Shown here: in pieces, positions 34,440-46,400 of the stretch
Numbering within the stretch: the stretch's first letter is position 1
Layout of the letters: every line of letters begins with the position of its first letter
DNA from: Macrostomum hystrix
Taxonomy: Eukaryota > Animalia > Platyhelminthes
DNA: 64,000 nt
NCBI GenBank assembly: GCA_950097015.1
Contig: CATNEN010000001.1
Location: forward strand, 14,818,001-14,882,000
Reading direction: 5' to 3'
The notes under the pieces: generated by a model
Told to the model about the DNA's origin: nothing
What the model saw: the letters and a program-made list of their open reading frames with translations, nothing else
Databases searched by the model: none
Made by a program: the position numbers and the translations under genes

Positions 34440-37400
34440 CTATTTCTTTGGCTTTCTTCCGCGACCGCCTCTGGCCCCGCGTCCGACGCTGCGCAAGTAG
34501 CTGGGATCGATTGTGGGCGGCGGCAGCAGCAGGCCGCCAGGCTGCAGTGGCGGCGGGGTTTCGCCCTCGACTGGGTCAATCAGGGGCGAATCGAAGTTGG
34601 TACTGGCGGTGTAGAGTCGGTAGGTTCGCTTAGGCTCGGTGGCGCAGAGCTGTGGCGGCGGCTGCTGCAGAGTTGCCGATTTTAGCGGATTGGTTGGCGA
34701 GTGGACAGCCGAACTGGGCACGGATCTGAACATCAGCGATTGGAAAGTTACATTTTGGTCAGATATTGTTTTTTTACAAGACATCTGAGGGATGGAATCT
34801 GAGGATCTGAGGGGAAGGTGGATGGAATCTGAGGATCTGAGGGGAAGGTGGATGGAATCTGAGGATCTGAGGGGAAGGGTGGATGGAATCTGAGGGAAGG
34901 GTGGATGGAATCTGAGGATCTGAGGGGAAGGTGGATGGAATCTGAGGATCTGAGGGGAAGGTGGATGGAATCTGAGGATCTGAGGGGAAGGGTGGATGGA
35001 ATCTGAGGGAAGGGTGGATGGAATCTGAGGATCTGAGGGGAAGGTGGATGGAATCTGAGGATCTGAGGGGAAGGTGGATGGAATCTGAGGATCTGAGGGG
35101 AAGGTGGATGGAATCTGAGGGAAGGGTGGATGGAATCTGAGGATCTGAGGGGAAGGTGGATGGAATCTGAGGATCTGAGGGGAAGGTGGATGGAATCTGA
35201 GGATCTGAGGGAAGGGTGGATGGAATCTGAGGGAAGGGTGGATGGAATCTGAGGGAAGGGTGGATGGAATCTGAGGGAAGGGTGGATGGAATCTGAGGGA
35301 AGGGTGGATGGAATCTGAGGGAAGGGTGGATGGAATCTGAGAAGCATTTGAGCAGTGCTCCAGAACCGACCCGTCAGTGCCGGTGTTCCTTCTGCTGCGC
35401 AGATTCCGAGTGGAGCCAGCCGGCCCAACCATTGCGGAATGAGTGACCGGTGTTTGAAATTGAGAGGCCGCTGAAGCAGCAGCGGCGCCGGCAGCTTTGG
35501 CTCGGGTCCTGCGCGGCCGAGAGCTGCGACTCTTAGAGGAGAAAACAGACTTCCGGCGCCGCTTAGCCGAGCCGGCAGCCGGCAAAGTGCTGACGGACTT
35601 CTTAGCGACGCGGCCTCTAGCGCGAGTGGCCGCCGCCCTGGCTCCGCGCCTAGAGCTAGACGAAGAAAAAGCGTCGTCATTCTCATCTGCGACGTCGTTG
35701 TCGTTGTCGTTCTCATCATCGTCTGGGTCGTCATCATCCTCCGAGGAAAATACCGAGGCCAGGGTCATGCGCGCTGCCTGTCAAAGGGAAAGGGACCAGA
35801 AATGTTATTGGCAAGAAGTATTTCTAACATCACCAGCCTTAGAATGAGAGTGTACACAGCCTGACGATGAGAAAGCCAGAGCAGATGTACACACCTTTGG
35901 GACGTCAGAGGTTCGATTCCCAGCTCCAGCGGAACTATTTGTGTCCTTTATGTCCAATAGCAAGACACTTAATTCTGCATTGATTCAATTCTCACAGCTG
36001 TTGAATGGGTTCCAGAATTAGCTTGGGCAGAATCTAAGAGCCAGCTGATGCCCTAGCTTACCGGTCGCTTTTGACTCTTTGAGGACTGTCGGCTAGTATT
36101 AGTGTTCATAGTTGACTGCCTCAAAGGCAACTGCTGCTGCTGGACCCGAGCCTCAGCCAGCTGGTCAATCAGCTGAGTCTTAGCGAGCTGCAGGTCCGCC
36201 ACCTTGGCCATTTCAGCATCCAGCTCATGCTGTGCCTTGTCGCGCTGCTTAGCCAGGTCAGACTTCAGGGCTTCAACCTGACGGCGATGCTCCGCCCGGG
36301 CCTCCTCGAGCCGCTGGGCGTGAGCTCGAGTCTCGTCGTTTAAGTCCACCTGAAGTCTTTGCATTCGCTGACGCCAGTCTTGACAGTCGCGTTTGGCTAT
36401 TTCGGCGGCGGCTTCAGCCGCGGCTGCGCGATGCTCCGACTGGAGTGGTTGACGGGTTGGCAGCTTGATAAGCCCCACTGATTCTTCTTCTCGCTTTAAA
36501 CCATTAATGAACACCTATTCCGTCTACCCCTCTCAGCCTATTCCTTCTAGCCCTCTCACCCTATTCCGTCTACCCCTCTCAGCCTATTCCTTCTAGCCCT
36601 CTCACCCTATTCCGTCTACCCCTCTCACCCTATTCCGTCTACCCCTCTCACCCTATTCCATCTACCCCTCTCACCCTATTCCATCTACCCCTCTCACCCT
36701 ATTCCATCTACCCCTCTCACCCTATTCCATCTACCCCTCTCACCCTATTCCATCTACCCCTCTCACCCTATTCCATCTACCCCTCTCACCCAATTCCATC
36801 TACTCGTATCACCCTATTCCATCTACCCCTCTCAGCCTATTCCATCTACTCGTATCACCCTATTCCATCTACCCCTCTCAGCCTATTCCTTCTAGCCCTC
36901 TCACCCTATTCCGTCTACCCCTCTCAGCCTATTCCTTCTAGCCCTCTCACCCTATTCCGTCTACCCCTCTCACCCTATTCCATCTACCCCTCTCACCCTA
37001 TTCCATCTACCCCTCTCACCCTATTCCATCTACTCGTATCACCCTATTCCATCTACCCCTCTCACCCTATTCCATCTACTCGTATCACCCTATTCCATCT
37101 ACCCCTCTCAGCCTATTCCTTCTAGCCCACTCAGCCTTTTCCATCTACCCCTCTCACCCTATTCCGTCTACCCCTATCACCCTATTCCATCTACCCCTCT
37201 CAGCCTATTCCTTCTAGCCCTCTCAGCCTTTTCCATCTACCCCTCTCACCCTATTCCGTCTACCCCTATCACCCTATTCCATCAAGCCCTCTCATCTCAA
37301 CGCGCGAATCGATGACACTCACAGACAGCAGGTCTTGCTTAGCTTTGGCTCCACGCAGGACCAGCTGTTGCGTGAGCTCCTCGACTTTCGCCTCTTTCGC

Positions 37401-40400
37401 CCGACAATCAGCGGCCAGCTTTTCGAGTTCCTCTTTGAGCTGAAAATGAGAAGTTATTTTAGTACAAAACCTGAAAATAGCATTTCTACCCTCTAAAAAA
37501 AAGATTATATTCAAATAATGACCTCTTTAAGCTTTTGCTGAGACTGAGCCAGATCGCTTGATTGAGTCTGTTTGAGCTCGATCAGCATCTCGTCCTTAAT
37601 AACGGACTCGGCAACTTCAATCTCCAGTTGTTCGCGCAGCTGCATGATAAATTTTAAAGATTAAAAAATTAACGGCAATATCAGCAATTCTTACTACTAA
37701 CAGTAGACAGCCAAAACACAGGAAAGTTACATTGCGAATAAATACATTAGCATTTGAATAGCTAGGGATTAGGACATTGGGAAGTAGCATTTGAATAGCT
37801 AGGGATTAGGACATTGGGAAGTAGCATTTGAGTAGCTAGGGATTGGGACATTGGGAAGTAGCATATGAGTAGCTAGGGATTAGGACATTGGGAAGTAGCA
37901 TTTAAGTAGCTAGGGATTGGGACATTGGGAAGTAGCATTTGAATAGCTAGGGATTAGGACATTGGGAAGTAGCATTTGAATAGGTAGGGATTAGGACATT
38001 GGGAAGTAGCATTTGAGTAGCTAGGGATTGGGACATTGGGAAGTAGCATTTGAGTAGCTAGGGATTAGGACATTGGGAAGTAGCATTTGAGTAGCTATGG
38101 ATTAGGACATTGGGAAGTAGCATTTGAGTAGCTAGGGATTAGGACATTGGGAAGTAGCATTTGAGTAGCTAGGGATTAGGACATTGGGAAGTAGCATTTG
38201 AGTAGCTAGGGATTAGGACATTGGGAAGTAGCATTTGAATAGCTAGGGATTGGGACATTGGGAAGTAGCATTTGAGTAGCTGGGGATTAGGACATTGGGA
38301 AGTAGCATTTGAGTAGCTGGGGATTGGGACATTGGGAAGTAGCATTTGAGTAGCTAAGGTTTAGGACATTGGGAAGTAGCATTTGAATAGCTAAGGTTTA
38401 GGACATTGGGAAGTAGCATTTGAATAGCTAGGGATTAGGACATTGGGAAGTAGCATTTGAGTAGCTAGGGATTAGGACATTGGGAAGTAGCATTTGAGTA
38501 GCTAGGGATTAGGACATTGGGAAGTAGCATTTGAATAGCTAGGATTAGGACATTGGGAAGTAGCATTTGAGTAGCTAGGGATTAGGACATTGGGAAGTAG
38601 CATTTGAGTAGCTAGGGATTAGGACATTGGGAAGTAGCATTTGAATAGCTAGGATTAGGACATTGGGAAGTAGCATTTGAATAGCTAGGGATTAGGACAT
38701 TGGGAAGTAGCATTTGAGTAGCTAGGGATTAGGACATTGGGAAGTAGAAATGTCTCACATGTTGCATCTCCTTCTCGTAATTATCTTTAGTTTCGCAGAT
38801 TTCCGCCCGCATTGCAGCCAAACTGCCGTCCCTCGCCTCGAGTCTAGCCTGCTCAGCTGTGAGTTGATTTTTTACCTACAGAAAAGATAAAAAAATAATT
38901 TGAGTAGTAGCATTTGAGTAGCTAGGGATTAGGACATTGGGAAGTAGCATTTGAGTAGCTAGGGATTAGGACATTGGGAAGTAGCATTTGAATAGCTAGG
39001 ATTAGGACATTGGGAAGTAGCATTTGAGTAGCTAGGGATTAGGACATTGGGAAGTAGCATTTGAGTAGCTAGGGATTAGGACATTGGGAAGTAGCATTTG
39101 AATAGCTAGGATTAGGACATTGGGAAGTAGCATTTGAATAGCTAGGGATTAGGACATTGGGAAGTAGCATTTGAGTAGCTAGGGATTAGGACATTGGGAA
39201 GTAGAAATGTCTCACATGTTGCATCTCCTTCTCGTAATTATCTTTAGTTTCGCAGATTTCCGCCCGCATTGCAGCCAAACTGCCGTCCCTCGCCTCGAGT
39301 CTAGCCTGCTCAGCTGTGAGTTGATTTTTTACCTACAGAAAAGATAAAAAAATAATAAACAATGCTCTTACACACAGAATAGAATTGGTTTCTTATTGAA
39401 GGCCAAAAATAGACTGACCCTGTCGAGTTCCTCTCGTAATTTCGCGGTCAGTTCAGCGTTTTGCTGCTCCGACTGCAATGAAAAGTGATTAAAAAGATAA
39501 GTCGTTGGTTCTGTCCACAGACATTAAGTGGTTTGAGCTGTCCATAGACAAGTGTGGTCTGGTCTGTATATAGACAGTAAGTGTTATAAGTGATATAATC
39601 TGTCCACAGATAGTGTTCTAAACTGTCCACGGACATTAAAGTGTTCTAAACTGTCCTCAGACATAAAAGCGGTCTGAACTGTTGTCCACAGACAGTAAGT
39701 GGTTGGTTCTGAACCACTGAACTAAACCACATTAAGTGGTTTAAACTGTCCATAGACAGGTGTGGTCTGGTTTGTATATAAACAGTAAGTGATATAATCT
39801 GTCCACAGATAGTGTTCTGAACTGTCCACAGACAGTAAGTGATATAATCTGTCCACAAATAGTGTTCTGAACTGTCCACAGACATTAAGTTGTCAATTCT
39901 GCTCACAGACAGAAATATAGCTCGTAGACGATAGCGTAAAAGATAGATTGATAAATGGAGCCTTTCCTTAAACAAGATTAACATGGTTACCTGTTGTATG
40001 CGCAGATTCAGTTCTTGCATACCATCGGACAGTTCTTTGTTAAGCTGCACCAGGTCTTTGTTCTTCTCCCAGACTGGCACTCCGTTATCGACAGCCATCT
40101 CTAGCTGCTGCTTCATCTGCGAATTGTTTAAATATTTGAAAAATCCTCGAAGTAAAAACTCGATGAGAAAATATGCTATTACACAACAATGAACTCACAG
40201 TTCCAATAAGCTCATCAGCTTTAGCCTTCTCATGGGTGAGCTGCTGTTTGACAATAGCAAACTCATCATCTTTGGCCAGTGAATTGGCCAACTCAACTGC
40301 CAACTGTTGTTCGAGCTGAAAAAAAATTATATTGTGTCTTCTCTTCCCCGTATTTACACAGGTATTTCCCCAGGGGGGGCAAATAGCGAGGTCATTCTAC

Positions 40401-43400
40401 TGTTTACAAAAGCCAATAATAACATCCTACCGTTTGAATTTGATTAGTAAACTCCGTTCTGCTGTCATCGAGCTTGCTGTTGAGTTCGGTCAGTTGAATT
40501 GTCTTGGCTTCATTGTCAGCCAATTGAACAGACAGACGTGCTTCCAACTATGAAAATTTAAGGTGTTAACAAATTTGCTACTTACAAAAAAACTTATAAT
40601 GGAATCGAAAATAGTTGCTAGCGAAGAGAAACTTACATCGCAAATGTACTCTTTAGCCTTATCCAATTGAGTTGACAATTGTTCATTAGACCCGCCGAGG
40701 TCATCAGTTTGAGACTCTAACGAAGCCAACTGAGATTCAAATTGATTTTGCAGCTGAAAATTTGTGGTTTCGCACAACAATTTTTAACGACTTTGTAATG
40801 GGTTTTCAGATGACCTTTTTAAGATGCTTAGCGGTCAGTAAGCCTTTGACCCAGCTGAATGTCATGGTAAGCCTTTGACCCAGCTGAATGTCATGGTAAG
40901 CCTTTGACCCAGCTTAAATGTCATGGTAAGCCTTTGACCCAGCTTAAATGTCAAGGTAAGCCTTTGACCCAGCTTAAATGTCAAGGTAAGCCTTTGACCC
41001 AGCTTAAATGTCATGGTAAGCCTTTGACCCAGCTGAATGTCATGGTAAGCCTTTGACCCAGCTGAATGTCAAGGTAAGCCTTTGACCCAGCTGAATGTCA
41101 AGGTAAGCCTTTGACCCAGCTGAATGTCAAGGTAAGCCTTTGACCCAGCTGAATGTCATGGTAAGCCTTTGACCCAGCTGAATGTCATGGTAAGCCTTTG
41201 ACCCAGCTGAATGTCAAGGTAAGCCTTTGACCCAGCTGAATGTCATGGTAAGCCTTTGACCCAGCTTAAATGTCATGGTAAGCCTTTGACCCAGCTTAAA
41301 TGTCAAGGTAAGCCTTTGACCCAGCTGAATGTCAAGGTAAGCCTTTGACCCAGCTGAATGTCATGGTAAGCCTTTGACCCAGCTGAATGTCATGGTAAGC
41401 CTTTGACCCAGCTTAATGTCAAGGTAAGCCTTTGACCCAGCTGAATGTGAAGGTAAGCCTTTGACCCAGCTGAATGTCATGGTAAGCCTTTGACCCAGCT
41501 GAATGACATGGTAGGTCATTGACCCAACTGAATGTCATGGTAGGTCATTGACCCAACTGAATGTCATAGAAGGTCATTGACTCAACTGAATGTAATGAAT
41601 GTCATGGTAGGCAATTGACCCAACTGAATGTAATGACTGTCATGGAAGGTCATTGACCCAACTGAATGTAATGAATGTCATGGAAGGTCATTAACCCAAC
41701 TGAATGTAATGAATGTCATGGAAGGTCATTGACCCAACTGAATGTAATGAATGTCACGGTATGTCATTGACCCAACTGAATGTAATCAATGTCATGGAAG
41801 GTCATTGACCCAACTGAATGTAATGAATGTCACATGGAAGGTCATTGACAAATCTACGGGTCATAATTAGTCTCAGAAAACCCACCTTCTCAAGCCGTTC
41901 CTCAGCCTCGGAGGCAGCCTTGTCCAGCTGTTGCCTCAGCTCCGTCAGCTGAATGTCCTTGGCTGCAGACTCGGTGGCAGATGACTGCAGCGACTGCTCA
42001 GCCTGCTGCAACTGCTCATTCTGGATTATGGAAACACAGTTTGAGGAGAATTAAAACAAGCACGATGGCTCAAGACTCAAATACAGCTCAAACACAGGTG
42101 CTGCAGTAGACTCACCTGCTTCTTTAGATTTTCAGCAAGGGCTTCATTCTGAGCAGATTGCTGACACTCCAGCTGCTGCTTCAGATCCGTCAGTTGCTGA
42201 TTGAGCTGAACAGGTTAAATACGAATAGGTCATTCATATTATGTACTTATAATTATCTTCAGTGCAGGTAAGTAAGGATGTCTCAACATCTTGTGATAGC
42301 TACAAGTACAGAGTACAGCTTTTGGCTTCAACAATCATTTAGACGGATCTCAACGAACCTCATCAATCTGTCCCTGAGCATCACCGGCTGCCTCGTCCAG
42401 CCTCTGCCGCAGGTCCGTCAGCTGAAGGTCCTTGGCGGCAGACTCTGCGGCAGCTGACTGTAGTGACAGCTCAGCCTGCTGTAACTGCTCAGACTAAAAA
42501 AGTCGAAAGTTAGACACAATGTCTTTAAAGGAAATCAAACAAATCCGGTCTGAAAGTGAAGAATTTGGCTTGAAGACTCACCAGTTCTTTAACCGCTTCA
42601 GTTTGAGCAGTCTCAACTGAAACTCTAGTCTCGAATTCCTGTCTGAGATCAGTCAATTGTTGCTCTGAAGCCTCCAGAGCAGCCGATGTAGAGTATAGCT
42701 GTTGTCTGAGCTGAATAGCAGAGTGAATTATCCTATTTTAGGCTACTTGAAAAATTTAATAGTGTCCTTGATGGGTCACAACACAACCCAATATGTTTGG
42801 TGGGTCATGACACAACCCAATGTGTTTGGTGGGTCATTGACACAACTGAATATCAATGAAGGTCATTTAACCAACTTAATTTCATGAAAGGTCATTGACC
42901 CGACTGAATGTAATGAATGTCATGGTAGGTAATTGACCCAACTGAATGTAATGCATGTCATGGCAGGTAATTAACCCAACTGAATGTAATGAATGTCATG
43001 AAAGGTCATTGACCCAACTGAATGTAATGAATGTCATGAAAGGTCATTAACCCAACTGAATGTAATGAATGTCATGGAAGGTCATTGACCCAACTGAATG
43101 TAATGAATGTCATGGTAGTTAATTAACCCAACTAAATGTAATGAATGTCATGGAAGGTCATTGACCCAACTGAATGTAATGAATGTCATGGTAGTTAATT
43201 AACCCAACTAAATGTAATGAATGTCATGAAAGGTCATTGACCCAACTGAATGTAATGAATGTCACGGTATGTCATTGACCCAACTGAATGTAATGAATGT
43301 CACATGGAAGGTCATTGACAAATCTACGGGTCATAATTAGTCTCAGAAAACCCACCTTCTCAAGCCGTTCCTCAGCCTCGGAGGCAGCCTTGTCCAGCTG

Positions 43401-46400
43401 TTGCCTCAGCTCCGTCAGCTGAATGTCCTTGGCTGCAGACTCGGTGGCAGCTGACTGCAGCGACTGCTCAGCCTGCTGCAACTGCTCATTCTGGATTATG
43501 GGAACACAGTTTGAGGAGAATTAAAACAAGCACGATGGCTCAAGACTCAAATACAGCTCAAACACAGGTGCTGCAGTAGACTCACCTGCTTCTTTAGATT
43601 TTCAGCAAGGGCTTCATTCTGAGCAGATTGCTGACACTCCAGCTGCTGCTTCAGATCCGTCAGTTGCTGATTGAGCTGAACAGGTTAAATACGAATAGGT
43701 CATTCATATTATGTACTTATAACTATCTTCAGTGCAGGTAAGTAAGGATGTCTCAACATCTTGTGATAGCTACAAGTACAGAGTACAGCTTTTGGCTTCA
43801 ACAATCATTTAGACGGATCTCAACGAACCTCATCAATCTGTCCCTGAGCATCACCGGCTGCCTCGTCCAGCCTCTGCCGCAGGTCCGTCAGCTGAAGGTC
43901 CTTGGCTGCAGACTCCGCGGCAGCTGACTGTAGTGACAGCTCAGCCTGCTGTAACTGCTCAGTCTGATAAAAATGGGAGAAAACGATATTTGTTAAACTT
44001 TATAGGTGCAATAAAAATAAAAGCGAGTATAAATCTGACTCACCAAATTAGTGACCTCTTCATTAAGCTGCTTGAACTAAAAAGACAATAATAGATAACA
44101 ATGCATTAATTAACTCACACAATACAATGCATAATTAATCATTGAAATCGAGGCCAACCTTCTCAGCCTGTTCTTCAGCATCGGCCATTCGATGAATGAG
44201 CATTTCGTGCAGGTCGGCTATCTGGTTATCCTTCAGGGCCGACTCGGCAGTTGCGGACATTAGCGAGCGCCTGGCTTCCCTTAACTGCTCTGTCTAGAAG
44301 AAGTTGCAATTTTTTATGTAATAAATAATTTTATGAAATTCAATAATTAATAAATAAACTAACCAGTTGCCAACATTTCGAGTTTTGGGCTGCGCTAGGC
44401 GCTTGGGACTGAAGCTTGAGCTGCAACTCATTTAACTGCTGCTCGCATGCTTTCAGGGCGCCTAGTTCATTGCTGTGCTGCTGTTTGAGCTGGGAATCGA
44501 AGCGAATAGGACATTAATGACTTTGAGATCCTTTGCGTCATTCTAGGACTTCTTAGTTACGACATAGGAACTGGGACTTCTCAACAATAATATAGGATCT
44601 GGGACTTCTAAACTATGATATGGGATCTGGGACTTCTAAACTATGATATGGGATCTGGGACTTCTAAACTATGATATGGGATCTGGGACTTCTAAACTAT
44701 GATATGGGATCTGGGACTTCTAAACTATGATATGGGATCTGGGACTTCTAAACTATGATATGGGATCTGGGACTTCTAAACTATGATATGGGATCTGGGA
44801 CTTCTAAACTATGATACAGGATCTGGGACTTCTAAACTATGATATAGGATCTGGGACTTCTAAACTATGATATGGGATCTGGGACTTCTAAACTATGATA
44901 TGGGATCTGGGGCTTCTCAACAATGATATAGGATCTGGGACTTCTAAACTATGATATGGGATCTGGGACTTCTAAACTATGATATGGGATCTGGGACTTC
45001 TAAACTATGATATGGGATCTGGGACTTCTAAACTATGATATAGGATATGGGCCTTCTAAACTATGATATATGATCTGGGACTTCTAAACTATGATATAGG
45101 ATCTGGGACTTCTAAACTATGATATAGGATCTGGGGAGCCCTTCTAAACTATGATATGGGATCTGGGACTTCTAAACTATGATATGGGATCTGGGACTTC
45201 TAAACTATGATATGGGATCAGGGACTTCTAAACTATGATATAGGATCTGGGGCTTCTAAACTATGATATGGGATCTGGGACTTCTAAACTATGATATGGG
45301 ATCTGGGACTTCTAAACTATGATATGGGATCTGGGACTTCTAAACTATGATATGGGATCTGGGACTTCTAAACTATGATATGGGATCAGGGACTTCTAAA
45401 CTATGATATAGGATCTGGGGCTTCTAAACTATGATATGGGATCTGGGACTTCTAAACTATGATATGGGATCTGGGACTTCTAAACTATGATATAGGATCT
45501 GGGACTTCTAAACTATGATATGGGATCTGGGACTTCTAAACTATGATATGGGATCTGGGACTTCTAAACTATGATATGGGATCTGGGACTTCTAAACTAT
45601 GATATGGGATCTGGGACTTCTAAACTATGATATAGGATCTGGGACTTCTAAACTATGATATGGGATCTGGGACTTCTAAACTATGATATGGGATCTGGGA
45701 CTTCTAAACTATGATATGGGATCTGGGACTTCTAAACTATGATATGGGATCTGGGACTTCTAAACTATGATATGGGATCTGGGACTTCTAAACTATGATA
45801 CAGGATCTGGGACTTCTAAACTATGATATGGGATCTGGGACTTCTAAACTATGATATAGGATCTGGGACTTCTCAACAATGATATAGGATCTGGGACTTC
45901 TAAACTATGATATGGGATCTGGGACTTCTAAACTATGATATGGGATCTGGGACTTCTAAACTATGATATGGGATCTGGGACTTCTAAACTATGATATGGG
46001 ATCTGGGACTTCTCAACAATGATATAGGATCTGGGACTTCTAAACTATGATATGGGATCTGGGACTTCTAAACTAAGATATGGGATCTGGGACTTCTAAA
46101 CTATGATATGGGATCTGGGACTTCTAAACTATGATATAGGATATGGGCCTTCTAAACTATGATATAGGATCTGGGACTTCTAAACTATGATATATGATCT
46201 GGGACTTCTAAACTATGATATGGGATCTGGGACTTCTAAACTATGATATGGGATATGGGACTTCTAAACTATGATATGGGATCTGGGACTTCTAAACTAT
46301 GATATGGGATCAGGGACTTCTAAACTATGATATAGGATCTGGGGCTTCTAAACTATGATATGGGATCTGGGACTTCTAAACTATGATATGGGATCTGGGA

